The position numbers were made by a program, and so were the translations under genes. A stretch of DNA of 50,953 bases. Source: a virus (lineage: Duplodnaviria > Caudoviricetes). Below the pieces are notes generated by a model. That model had not been told where the DNA came from. It was given only the letters and a program-made list of their open reading frames with translations, and made no database searches. Below are positions 26,671-35,912 of the stretch, one piece after another. Position 1 is the first letter of the stretch; the number at the start of each line of letters is the position of its first letter. The stretch covers positions 1 to 50,953 of the IMG/VR virus record IMGVR_UViG_3300032305_001455. The stretch is one strand, 5' to 3'.

Positions 26671-28260
26671 ATGGCTGAACTTCTTTCCCGCCTTTTGTCC
26701 CGCCAGCGCAGGCGGAATCCGTTCTCGGATGTCATGGGGCCAAACCCCCTTGAATCGCAGGCCGCGATGGACGCGGCGCAAGGGGCCGATGTCTCCACGC
26801 CCGCCCCTGTATCGCGGCGCGGCCCGGCGGCGGATGCAGACGGCGAAGGCGGGATAATGCTTGCCAGCACAGGCGGCGGCGGCAGTCCGTTTCGCACCGC
26901 AGGCGGAAGCGGAGCGGCCGATAGCCCTGTGCAGGAAACTGGCGGGCCGATTCGCAACTTCTTCTCCGGCGGCCCGGCGCCAATGCAGCGCCCATCTTCT
27001 GGGCGTCGAATGGATTGCTCGTCAGGCCAGTGCCGCATGGTCGATGACGGCGGTTTCCCTGTCACCTCTACCGTGGTGGGTAGCCCCGTAATGCAGTCCA
27101 GTTCGCCAATGATGACCGGCAGCACTGTTGTTTCGGGTGCGCCCGTTTCCGGCGCGCCTGATCTCGATTTTTCAGACCAGACCGCCATGACGCAGCAGGC
27201 GTGGCAGCAGCAGCAGATGGGCCAGCACGGCGGTCGCGCGTTTTTTGAGCGGCAGCGCAACAACGCACTGATTGATGACATCAACGCGCAAAACAAGGTC
27301 AACGATGAGTTCAGTCGCAACCTATCCCTTAACGCCGCCGGGCAGGCTCGCCTCAAGTTAGACAAGGAAATGGAGCAGGCTGATGTCGAGATGGGCCTGA
27401 CTCGCGCCATGACGGTTCACGCCGACGAAACCACCGCGACCGGATCGGAAGGGCGGCGCGTGGCTATGAAGCAGAAGTACTTGAGTCAGGGCGGCGACCC
27501 ACAGACTCTCGCCATGTTTTTGGCGCGGCTGGACAGCAAAGCCCCGCTCTCTGTGGACAAGGACGGCAACCCGATCATGCCGCAGGGCGGCGCTGCCGTC
27601 ACGGCCACAATCACTCCCCAGATGATGGCAAATGCAGAAGCCGAGGCGTATGGCACCGTCGCGGTACACGGCGTCATTTCGCACGCAATGGTGCTGCGCG
27701 ATGCCAAGGGTCTGGCGGAGAACGTGGACTCCCGCCTAGTGCCGCGCCTGCCCAACGAACCCGACGATGTGTATGCCGATCGGAAGAAGCAGTCGCTCAA
27801 GTCTATGTATGACGAGACGCTGTATCGCGCCGCCGACACCATCATTTCGGGCCTCCAGCGCACCGACGCATGGAAGAAACAAGATTGGCTTGAAGTCCGC
27901 GCGAAAATGGACAGCAACGTCTACCGCCCGCTGGAGCGCTCGATGCGGCAACTGTACGCCACGCAGCGCCCGATGCCAGAAAACCTGTCGCCAGCCGATC
28001 GCGAAGCGTACTTGCTTGAAATCGACACCGTCGCGCGCGAGCGCGCCGAGAAGTTCTACGATTTCTTTTTGGAGGAGGCGGGTGACGCCTTCCACAACCC
28101 GGAGTACCGCAAGGACGATTCGTGGTGGAACAACCAGTGGCAACAAGTCAAGTCATTCTGGGGCGGCGACGAGGCGCCCGAGCAGTCCAAGCCCGTTGAC
28201 AGCAATGACACACTCCCGCCGCACAAGTACAACCCGCTTGGCGGAATCCAGTACGAATAA
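26671..28260 (+). CDS. Putative internal virion/ejection protein
   Basis: 529 aa with GAGGT RBS, disordered G/S/P-rich N-terminus and helical C-terminus. Confidence 0.5.
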   Translation: MAELLSRLLSRQRRRNPFSDVMGPNPLESQAAMDAAQGADVSTPAPVSRRGPAADADGEGGIMLASTGGGGSPFRTAGGSGAADSPVQETGGPIRNFFSGGPAPMQRPSSGRRMDCSSGQCRMVDDGGFPVTSTVVGSPVMQSSSPMMTGSTVVSGAPVSGAPDLDFSDQTAMTQQAWQQQQMGQHGGRAFFERQRNNALIDDINAQNKVNDEFSRNLSLNAAGQARLKLDKEMEQADVEMGLTRAMTVHADETTATGSEGRRVAMKQKYLSQGGDPQTLAMFLARLDSKAPLSVDKDGNPIMPQGGAAVTATITPQMMANAEAEAYGTVAVHGVISHAMVLRDAKGLAENVDSRLVPRLPNEPDDVYADRKKQSLKSMYDETLYRAADTIISGLQRTDAWKKQDWLEVRAKMDSNVYRPLERSMRQLYATQRPMPENLSPADREAYLLEIDTVARERAEKFYDFFLEEAGDAFHNPEYRKDDSWWNNQWQQVKSFWGGDEAPEQSKPVDSNDTLPPHKYNPLGGIQYE

Positions 28261-28271
28261 CGAGGCCACGC

Positions 28272-28523
28272 ATGGCAGCGCTTATCCCCGCGCTTATCAA
28301 ACTGTTTATGAGCCGCGCCCGTGGTGGTGGTGGCTCCGGCGGCGGCGGCGCAGGCGGAGGCGGCGCGCCCAAGAGCGACTATGACAAAGACAACGAGTAT
28401 TGGAAGAAGCAGGGCATGAGCCTGTCCGACAGCGAGGACGCGCTTGCGGCGGCGATGAAAAACCGCAGCAAGCCCATGACTTGGGACGAAGCGCAGCAGA
28501 AGGCTAAAGCCGGAGGGCAATAG
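28272..28523 (+). CDS. Small glycine-rich protein
   Basis: GAGG RBS, hydrophobic N-terminal helix, then poly-Gly. Confidence 0.55.
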   Translation: MAALIPALIKLFMSRARGGGGSGGGGAGGGGAPKSDYDKDNEYWKKQGMSLSDSEDALAAAMKNRSKPMTWDEAQQKAKAGGQ

Positions 28524-28525
28524 CC

Positions 28526-29182
28526 GTGTTTGGACTGCTTGGCGGATTGTTGGGCGGGGGCATTGCTCGCGGTCTTGGCCGTGGCCGAGGTGGTGGCGGC
28601 GGCGTGCTTGGCGGCCTGCTGCAACGCGGCAAGGGCGGCGGCCAGCAGGATCGCCCGCAGCAAGCGGAGCCGTCTAAAGACGCCCCCATGACTGCGGCCC
28701 CAGAGGAGCAAAGCGGCCAACAGCAAGCCGAGCAGCAGCCGCAGAAGCCTGTCCAGCCCCCAGCACAGCAGCCGGTGGCTACCGAGATGGCTACCGAGAT
28801 TAAGGAGGCGCAGCCGAAGCAGCCGGAGACGCCGCTGACCGGCCTGCTGGATGACGCCCCCGGCGCTCCAGCGCCGCAAGACAAGCCGTCTGACAACCAG
28901 CCCCCGCCACCGCAGACGGTGGTGAACAAAACCGACACGCCCACCCCTGTTGCCCGCCCCGTCGAGGAGCAGTTCGGGGAAATCCCTGTCGCCCCGCAGC
29001 CCGACACGATCCGCAACCAGTTGCTCGATTCAGGAACAAACAAGCAGCCGTTCGACTATCAGGACGCCAACCCATCGCGTCAACCCAGCCTGTCTGGTCA
29101 GACCAAGAGCGCTGATCAGGGCTACCGCTATGTAGGCCCGTCTGGCGTGGATGGCGCGCTGCCCGCCCGGAGGTACGGGTAA
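28526..29182 (+). CDS. Gly-rich N-terminus, P/Q-rich putative ejection protein
   Basis: GTG with GGAGG RBS, begins MFGLLGGLLGGG, TAATG coupling to the next gene. Confidence 0.5.
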   Translation: MFGLLGGLLGGGIARGLGRGRGGGGGVLGGLLQRGKGGGQQDRPQQAEPSKDAPMTAAPEEQSGQQQAEQQPQKPVQPPAQQPVATEMATEIKEAQPKQPETPLTGLLDDAPGAPAPQDKPSDNQPPPPQTVVNKTDTPTPVARPVEEQFGEIPVAPQPDTIRNQLLDSGTNKQPFDYQDANPSRQPSLSGQTKSADQGYRYVGPSGVDGALPARRYG

Positions 29183-32100
29183 TGGCTCTTGGCCTCAAGC
29201 CACTAGGCGCGCCCTCTGACGCCCGCCGCCTGTATGGGCAGATGTTCGGCGTTAGCCCGAGTGGCGGCGCTGACTCTACGGCATCTGTCCCGTACATCGA
29301 AGACCCGGCACAAAAGCAGTCCGCGCTTTCGGCGTTAGGACGCGAGACGCTGAATGCCGTCGAAGTGCTGGGCAAAGTGCTGGACTACCCCGGCGCTATC
29401 GCTCGCGGCGTGCTGGCTGGCGATCCGACATCGGGCTTCTCTTGGGACTCTGACCGCCGCGTCAGCGGGCGGGAACTGCTGGAGTCCTATGGCCTGCTAA
29501 ACAAGGACTCCAATCCGTGGCTCGCTACCGGGGCCGGGCTGGCTGCGGAAATCGCCACAGACCCGCTCGCTATTTTCAGCACCGCCCCGCTGAAGGTCGC
29601 TGGCAAGGCAGCACAGGCGGCTGGCGTCTTAGACAAGGCAAGTGACGCAGCCGTGCTTGCGCTAGGCGCTGGAGACTTTGCCGCCGGTGCAAAAGCCGCC
29701 AACGAGCAACTGCGCACCGGCAGAGCCGCCTACGAATGGCTGGGCAATCTCCTGCCAGCAGGCAAGGCGCTTACGCGCGAGAACGCCGCCTACCGCCCGC
29801 TTATTGGGCCGCGCACCGCAAGGTCGATGGTCACGCTGGATGACACGCTGAAGGCGATGCCCAAAGAAGACGCCGCGCAGGCGCTGATCAAGGTCAATCA
29901 GTTTCTTGAAAAGCGCGGCTTAAGTTATGACGATGTCAAGAACGACACTCTTGGCGGCGCCTTCGGCATGGGGTACTTCAACTTTGTTGACCCCGCCGTC
30001 GCGAATCCGCGCTGGGCGCGCGGCATGCTCGACACGATGGATCGCGTTGGGCAGGCGGCCCGGTGGTCGCCAGTTGCGCGCTTTGGCTCGCAACTCTTCG
30101 ACAAGCGGGTCGGCGGGGATTTTGCGGCCATCGATCAAATCTCCAACATGAAGCGCTCCGCGCTGGAGTTGGCGGAGACGCGGGCAATGCGCGCGGCTGG
30201 TGCCGAAAACGCTCGACTCGTTAGCCGCGTCGTTCTGCCCCCCAATGCGCAGAAACTCCTTGGCACGGACACGCTTAACAGTCCGCAGGGGCGCGACTTT
30301 CTCACCCGCTTGTACGAAGGGGTACACACGCAGCGCGACATGCGGGTGATCAACGAGATTGGTCAGCCGATTCAGGATGTAATGAAGAACTGGGATAGCC
30401 TGCGCGCGATGACCTACTCCGAAGCGGGGAAACTTGGCATTCCGCGCGCTCGCCTGCAAGACCGCTTTGGCGCCCTATGGTCGCCCCGCGTAGCGCGCGA
30501 ACTGTCTTTTGGTGAATACGGCCACGGATTGAGCCGCGCCTCCAACACCACGCGCATGCTGGAACACGAAGCGCGCTCGTGGGACTTAATGACGCCCGGC
30601 GCTACCGTTGACTTCCGCGAGATCAGCCAACTGCCAATCGTCAAGCAGTTCGTTGCCGAAGGCCGCCAGAGCAAGTTGTCGGTCGAGCAAGTCGGCGCGC
30701 ACATCAAGAAGTACATCGACAACAAGTGGGGGCCGAATGCCCCCGACCCCCGAGTGCGCCCGTTTAAGGCCAAGGTTGCCGCCCGAGATAGCCAAGGCAA
30801 ACTGATCCTTGAGCCTGTGCGTGACACTGAAGGCAATCAGGTATTAGGCAAGACCGGCAAGCCCTTGATGCAGCCCAAGGTGGCTCCGGGCGAGGTGATT
30901 TCGCAGGCACAGGCAGAGGGCATCGCGCGCACCGTTATGCGCCGCGACCCCAAGAAGACCCCGCTCGACATTCCGCTGTTCAGCGAGCATCCGGCGGTGT
31001 CGCAGGCTCGCGCTTTAGCAAGCACCGGCACTGCCCGCGCGCACGCACGGCACGTGTACGCCAGCATGGCAGAGGCCGCCATCTTTGTAAAAGACGGCAT
31101 GAGCGCCAACGCCATTCCCGGCGTCAACTTTAAGCCGTTGCATCGCGCGCTGGACGAGATCGCGCTAAAGACCGGGATGGATACGTCGGCCAAAACCAAC
31201 TCTGCCTCCCGTGTTGTGCAGGACAATCTGCGCCGCGCGATCGCAACGGCCACTGGAGAGGCGGATTGGCAGCGCATCGACCTGCGCAAGTACGCACTGC
31301 CGGAGGAGGTGTACAACCGCCTGACGCGGATGAACGATTTCTACAGTTCGCCCCGCGCGCAAGAAAACGTGATCTGGCTGTTCGATTCAATCAGCACTTT
31401 GTTTAAGGGATTTGCCCTCGCGTTCCCGTCCACCAAAGTGCGCGACATGTACAGCAACGCCTTCCTGCTCACGCTGGAGGCTGGCAACGTCCCAGATGTG
31501 TACTACGGCCTGAAGACGGCGAAGGCGATTGTAGGCGGTCGCATGGATGATGCGGCTGCGCTGCTCAAGGAACTGCCCGGCTACAACATCGCAGACGCCG
31601 ACGCCATTCAGAAAAAACTTACCGAGGACGTTGCCCGCACTGGCGTGCTGGAATCGCTGGCTTCCAGCGATCTGGTGACTTCTAACCAGACCGGCATTAT
31701 GAACCAACTTGTTCCCGGCAGCGCGCCGATGAGCAAGATGGACGCTCTGCGTGAACTGATCCCCGATGGCAGTCGGTCGCTGGGGCAGATGGTTGCCGAT
31801 CAGTTTACGTTCCGTGGCCTCCGCATGCCGTGGCAAAAGGTAGCGGCAGACCAAACCCGGAACGCCACGCTCAATGCTTCGCAGAAGTTCAGCGACTACA
31901 CCGATACCGTTGCGAGGTTGGGTGGCATGCTTGCCCTCATGCGGCAGGGCATCTCTGCTGATGTGGCGGCCAAGCGGATCACCTCTGCTCTTGTGGACTA
32001 CGGTAGCCTGACTTCGTTTGAGCGCCAGACGATGCGCCGCATTTTCCCGTGGTGGGCCTACACTTCGCGCATTGGCAAGTACGTTGCCGGTCAAATCGCA

Positions 32101-32874
32101 AACAACCCCGGCGGCGGCTACGCGCAGACGATTCGTGGGCTATCCACGCTGCAAGCAAGCGACGAGGACACCTACGTACCGGAGGCGCTGCGGCAGCAGT
32201 TTGCTTTCCGCATTCCAGACGCCGTCAAGCCGTACCTTGGCATCCCCGGCGAAACTGACAAGACAACCTTCCTGACCGACATTGACATTCCGGGCATCGA
32301 CACGCTGTCGCTGCTTGGCCTCGCACCGACCACCTACGGCACCGTCCAAAGCACGGCATACAATCTTGCCCAGCAGGCCAACCCGTTCATCAAGAGCGCG
32401 ACAGAACTCGCAACGGGAATCGACACGTTCTCCCGGCGCCCGCTAGAGCAAGCCGTCACGCCCGCCGACCGCATCTACAAATCGCTTTATGAGCAGGCCA
32501 CCGGCGCCCCTGCCCCCACCGGCCTCAACCCGCTCATCCGGCAGGCGATCAACGTGACGCCCGGCCCGTGGCAGCGGCTGATCAGCATCGGCGGCACGTT
32601 CGCTGATGACCGCATTCCGATGTCGCAGAGGTTTGCCAAGGCTGGGTTCAACACCATGATGGGCATGAAACTCCGCACCGTCGATCCGGCGTGGCAGTTG
32701 AACGATGCGCGCCGCAAACTCTCCGGTCGGCTGGGTTCGTTCATGCAGGACTACACCGAGTCCTACATCCCGAAGGAAAACATCCCGCAAGTCCCCGACG
32801 CGCTGATACCTGACTACGCCTTGTTCCGCACCCTTGGCCGCGACCTGCGCGAGGTACGAAAGGCACGGCAATGA
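29182..32874 (+). CDS. Large internal virion/DNA ejection protein
   Basis: 1230 aa and helical. Motifs EIATDPL, VDYGSLTSFER..MRRIFPWWAY and NPFIK..ELATG.D.F are typical of large podovirus core proteins. Confidence 0.65.
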   Translation: MALGLKPLGAPSDARRLYGQMFGVSPSGGADSTASVPYIEDPAQKQSALSALGRETLNAVEVLGKVLDYPGAIARGVLAGDPTSGFSWDSDRRVSGRELLESYGLLNKDSNPWLATGAGLAAEIATDPLAIFSTAPLKVAGKAAQAAGVLDKASDAAVLALGAGDFAAGAKAANEQLRTGRAAYEWLGNLLPAGKALTRENAAYRPLIGPRTARSMVTLDDTLKAMPKEDAAQALIKVNQFLEKRGLSYDDVKNDTLGGAFGMGYFNFVDPAVANPRWARGMLDTMDRVGQAARWSPVARFGSQLFDKRVGGDFAAIDQISNMKRSALELAETRAMRAAGAENARLVSRVVLPPNAQKLLGTDTLNSPQGRDFLTRLYEGVHTQRDMRVINEIGQPIQDVMKNWDSLRAMTYSEAGKLGIPRARLQDRFGALWSPRVARELSFGEYGHGLSRASNTTRMLEHEARSWDLMTPGATVDFREISQLPIVKQFVAEGRQSKLSVEQVGAHIKKYIDNKWGPNAPDPRVRPFKAKVAARDSQGKLILEPVRDTEGNQVLGKTGKPLMQPKVAPGEVISQAQAEGIARTVMRRDPKKTPLDIPLFSEHPAVSQARALASTGTARAHARHVYASMAEAAIFVKDGMSANAIPGVNFKPLHRALDEIALKTGMDTSAKTNSASRVVQDNLRRAIATATGEADWQRIDLRKYALPEEVYNRLTRMNDFYSSPRAQENVIWLFDSISTLFKGFALAFPSTKVRDMYSNAFLLTLEAGNVPDVYYGLKTAKAIVGGRMDDAAALLKELPGYNIADADAIQKKLTEDVARTGVLESLASSDLVTSNQTGIMNQLVPGSAPMSKMDALRELIPDGSRSLGQMVADQFTFRGLRMPWQKVAADQTRNATLNASQKFSDYTDTVARLGGMLALMRQGISADVAAKRITSALVDYGSLTSFERQTMRRIFPWWAYTSRIGKYVAGQIANNPGGGYAQTIRGLSTLQASDEDTYVPEALRQQFAFRIPDAVKPYLGIPGETDKTTFLTDIDIPGIDTLSLLGLAPTTYGTVQSTAYNLAQQANPFIKSATELATGIDTFSRRPLEQAVTPADRIYKSLYEQATGAPAPTGLNPLIRQAINVTPGPWQRLISIGGTFADDRIPMSQRFAKAGFNTMMGMKLRTVDPAWQLNDARRKLSGRLGSFMQDYTESYIPKENIPQVPDALIPDYALFRTLGRDLREVRKARQ

Positions 32875-33143
32875 GCGAACTCATCCGCAAACTGCGAAGC
32901 GCGCAGGAGTCATGGGGCGCTGGCGACGAACGAGCCTTTCGCAGTTGGTATGGCGCTTGGTCAAAGCGCGGCGACATCGACCCCAACCCCGATGCGCCGG
33001 AGCATCAATATGACTACCGCGCGGCCTACCTGATGGGGCACACCCCCGATGCAGACATGCACTGGCCCAGCATGCACAAGAAGGACGGGCACCCCAATCT
33101 GATCATTGACGGCTTGAACACCAAGACGGGAGTGCGGCAATGA
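32871..33143 (+). CDS. Small phage protein with YDYRAAY...HWPS..K...HP motif; tag MSELIRKL
   Basis: ATGA overlaps at both ends. Confidence 0.7.
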   Translation: MSELIRKLRSAQESWGAGDERAFRSWYGAWSKRGDIDPNPDAPEHQYDYRAAYLMGHTPDADMHWPSMHKKDGHPNLIIDGLNTKTGVRQ

Positions 33144-33538
33144 GCGACATCATCCGGCTCGCCAAAGCGCTGTATGGCCCCCAGTACGGCAAACTGGCCG
33201 AGGACGCAGGCCGCGCAAAGGCGGAGTACGTGGCTGGTGGCGGCGACCCCAAAGATGTGTACAGCCCCGAGCGCGTAGCGGCCCTGTCTAACGGCGGGCC
33301 GTTGGCCTTGCTCCGGGCCGACGCTTCGCTACGCAACGACGGCAGCGTTGCTGCGCCCTATGTGCCAACGCCGCTGGCATTTGCCATGAATCTTATTGAG
33401 CCGCCCGCCATACCAGCCGTGCTGGACGCTAACAGGGCGGGCATCGAGACAGTGAGCAGCGGCGTGGATCGGATGACCGGCAAGGGGTTCGCGATTGGCC
33501 GCGATCCCAACGGTGGCATCGTGAAGGTGATGCGATGA
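33140..33538 (+). CDS. Hypothetical protein; tag MSDIIRL
   Basis: ATGA overlaps at both ends. Confidence 0.7.
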   Translation: MSDIIRLAKALYGPQYGKLAEDAGRAKAEYVAGGGDPKDVYSPERVAALSNGGPLALLRADASLRNDGSVAAPYVPTPLAFAMNLIEPPAIPAVLDANRAGIETVSSGVDRMTGKGFAIGRDPNGGIVKVMR

Positions 33539-33735
33539 GCGACATCATTCGCAAACTCCGCCAGATCGATGAGGAGCATGAGGCTCGCGCCACGCGGCGA
33601 CAGATCGCCCGCACGATCCGGGCCGGGCAGCAGCCGCAGCCAGACGCCCCTCCGATCTACACGCCGCCCACGCGCCCGCTGGTGGGTAGCGGACTCAAAC
33701 CCGTGTTCGTCCTCAACTGGCCGGTGCAACGATGA
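33535..33735 (+). CDS. Hypothetical protein; tag MSDIIRKL
   Basis: ATGA overlaps at both ends. Confidence 0.7.
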   Translation: MSDIIRKLRQIDEEHEARATRRQIARTIRAGQQPQPDAPPIYTPPTRPLVGSGLKPVFVLNWPVQR

Positions 33736-33896
33736 CTGACCGCATTCGCTCGCTGAAGAAGGGTCTGTACGCCAACATCAACGCCAAGCGCAGGCGCATC
33801 GCCAATGGCAGTGGCGAGAAGATGCGTGATCCGGGCGACAAAGGCGCGCCCAGCAAGCAGGACTTCATCAACTCCGCCAAGACAGCCCAGAAATGA
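33732..33896 (+). CDS. 54-aa basic phage protein (GLYANINAKRRRIANGSGEKMR type); tag MTDRIRSL
   Basis: Hand-translated: MTDRIRSLKKGLYANINAKRRRIANGSGEKMRDPGDKGAPSKQDFINSAKTAQK. ATGA overlaps at both ends. Absent from the ORF track. Confidence 0.8.
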   Translation: MTDRIRSLKKGLYANINAKRRRIANGSGEKMRDPGDKGAPSKQDFINSAKTAQK

Positions 33897-34162
33897 GCGA
33901 CCTCATCCGCAACCTGAAGTGCAACAGCCCCAAGCGACAGACGCAGGGCGGCAAGAAGTTCGTTGTGCGCGCTTGCTCCGGTGGCGAGGAGCGAATCGTG
34001 CGCTTTGGGGACGCCTCGATGGGCCACTACAAGGAAGGCGGCGGCAAGGGCAAGGGGCACGGCGACGAGGGGCGGCGGTCGAACTTCAAGTCGCGGCACA
34101 ACTGCGACCAGCACAAAGACAAACTGAAGGCTGGGTACTGGTCTTGTAACTGGAGTTGGTGA
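33893..34162 (+). CDS. Small basic viral protein (VRFGD...RRxxFxxRH...AGYWS type); tag MSDLIRNL
   Basis: Motif pattern recalled from small phage and giant-virus proteins. Coupled by ATGA/GTGA overlaps. Confidence 0.75.
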   Translation: MSDLIRNLKCNSPKRQTQGGKKFVVRACSGGEERIVRFGDASMGHYKEGGGKGKGHGDEGRRSNFKSRHNCDQHKDKLKAGYWSCNWSW

Positions 34163-34539
34163 ACATGACTCTTCCGATGTACGGACAACCAATGCGGCGC
34201 TACGTGACAGACATGGACATGCCCGGCATGCAGCCCGACATGCGCATGATCCAAGGTCTGCAAGATGCGCCGAAGTTTGACCCCAACGCACCGCAGAACT
34301 TTCCGCGCCGCGATGCGCAGCGCGTGCTTGAGCGTGAGTTGAAGAACATCAACACTCCCATGCCCGGAGGAATCGAGGGCCGCATCAGGCAACTCCAGAA
34401 GATGCGCGGCCAAGCGGAACCGCCGTGGGCACCGCCTCCGGGCCAAGGCCCGCGACAAGTGGCCCCGGCCCCCGGCGACATGCCGCAGCCGCAGCCGGTG
34501 CCACTGCGTTCAGTGCTGCGCCGCGACAACATGGAATGA
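34159..34539 (+). CDS. Pro/Gln/Met-rich hypothetical protein
   Basis: GTGA overlap upstream and ATGA overlap downstream. Confidence 0.55.
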   Translation: MNMTLPMYGQPMRRYVTDMDMPGMQPDMRMIQGLQDAPKFDPNAPQNFPRRDAQRVLERELKNINTPMPGGIEGRIRQLQKMRGQAEPPWAPPPGQGPRQVAPAPGDMPQPQPVPLRSVLRRDNME

Positions 34540-35033
34540 TGCTGTACCTCAACGACGCATCCACCGTGGTGGTCATCGGCCCTCCCGGTAGCGGCAAGAG
34601 TTACGTGGCCCATCTGCTTGCCGAACACAGCGGCCTGCCCGTTTACTGCACGGACAAGTTTCTGGGAGACGGGCACGTGGCCGCGCTATACGGCTTGATG
34701 CAAGCAGTTGGCGACGATGGCTGGATCGTGGAGGGGATGATTGGCTACCGCTTTTTGCGCAAGCGCAAGCAGTTGAAGTTGCCTGCTCCTGACATCGTGA
34801 TCCAACTCAATGCCAGCGATGAGCAGATCGCACGGGCGTATGCAGCGCGAGGCAAGCCGTGCAACATCAAGGTGCTGCGGAACTTTTGCGCGGCTCACGA
34901 AAAGGTGATGAGCGACTACCTTCTGCTCGATGGCGAGGAACCCAAGATTTGGGTACACGCCAACAGTTACCACCTCTGTCACCTGATCGGCGGCGGCCCG
35001 TCTGGCACAGGGCAGAGCGAGGCATCCACGTAG
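34536..35033 (+). CDS. P-loop kinase (nucleoside monophosphate kinase-like)
   Basis: VVVIGPPGSGKS Walker A, TDKF, WIVEG and DIVIQLNAS..IAR topology. Start placed at the ATGA overlap. Confidence 0.8.
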   Translation: MMLYLNDASTVVVIGPPGSGKSYVAHLLAEHSGLPVYCTDKFLGDGHVAALYGLMQAVGDDGWIVEGMIGYRFLRKRKQLKLPAPDIVIQLNASDEQIARAYAARGKPCNIKVLRNFCAAHEKVMSDYLLLDGEEPKIWVHANSYHLCHLIGGGPSGTGQSEAST

Positions 35034-35827
35034 TGACGCTGTACCAAAGTTGGTACGGAGTGCTGTAGGTAGCGCCACGATTCGCCCGGACTACGCATCT
35101 CGATGTAGGTCGCAGCAGCGCGGCGCAGGTACTTGCTGGAGCCGCGTATCTTTTGCCTGTCGAGAAAACCCCGGATCGCCAGCAGCGCGCGGCGGCGCGT
35201 CAGGAACCACGTGAACAGCGAGCCATCGGGTGATTCACTGATCAAGCGCTGCGCCCATTCCTGCCCATGCCCGGACAGTGGCCTGACCAACGCCTTGCCT
35301 GTCTTGTGTGCCGTGCTTGCGATGCACCCGTTGCGAAGGTTGCTGTCACGCAGTTCAAGCACATCGCTGAACCGCATTGCGGTGTCATACGCGATCACGA
35401 TCCACCCCGGAAACCACTCGCATACCCTGCGGTTGGCATGCCCTCCGATGCGCGTCTGGTCTGCCTCTGCTCGCGTCAGCATCAGCCGCAGATCGGCCAG
35501 CGACCACGCCTCAACAGGTCTGGCAGCAGCCTTGATCCTCATCACCCGCATCGGCGGCGTCTCGGTCAGCCCTTCTTCAAATGCCCACTTCCATAACGTC
35601 AGGAGTTCTCGCCGCACATTTTGCCGGGTCACGGCTGACGTTGACAGGCTAGAGAGAAATCTGTTCACTACTGCTGGCTTGAGGTCGGCCACGGTGCCGA
35701 CGCCAGCCGCCTCGGCTTGCCGCACGGTGCGGCGGAGGGATTCGCAATAGCGGTCGCTGCATTCGCGGCTACCGCAATACAGGCCAAGGAGTTCGGCCAA
35801 CCGCATAATGCCAGTGGTACTCAACAT
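34979..35827 (-). CDS. int: Tyrosine recombinase/integrase
   Basis: Catalytic set TAMRFSD (R), HKTG (K), KYLRR (HxxR variant), LQHS (H), HYVD (Y), with a SAM-like N-terminal domain. Start uncertain (35875, 35827 or 35806). Confidence 0.88.
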   Translation of the reverse strand: MLSTTGIMRLAELLGLYCGSRECSDRYCESLRRTVRQAEAAGVGTVADLKPAVVNRFLSSLSTSAVTRQNVRRELLTLWKWAFEEGLTETPPMRVMRIKAAARPVEAWSLADLRLMLTRAEADQTRIGGHANRRVCEWFPGWIVIAYDTAMRFSDVLELRDSNLRNGCIASTAHKTGKALVRPLSGHGQEWAQRLISESPDGSLFTWFLTRRRALLAIRGFLDRQKIRGSSKYLRRAAATYIEMRSPGESWRYLQHSVPTLVQRHYVDASLCPVPDGPPPIR

Positions 35828-35869
35828 GGGGGATTGTTTCCAAAAATGCACCCTCCCTGAGAACTGGCA

Positions 35870-35882
35870 AATCAAAAGGTTG
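35870..35882 (+). promoter_or_regulatory. IHF-consensus site in the putative attP arm
   Basis: AATCAA-AAGG-TTG matches WATCAANNNNTTR exactly, about 50 bp from the tRNA-like core. Confidence 0.5.
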
Positions 35883-35912
35883 GTCTAGCCCCCCAGATAC
35901 GGAGGTTCAGAC

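Noticed and set aside
21691-29062. PFDYQ (TTCGACTATCAG) shared by the 20563 and 28526 products
   Set aside because: A single 5-aa match in low-complexity proteins is too weak without homologue data.
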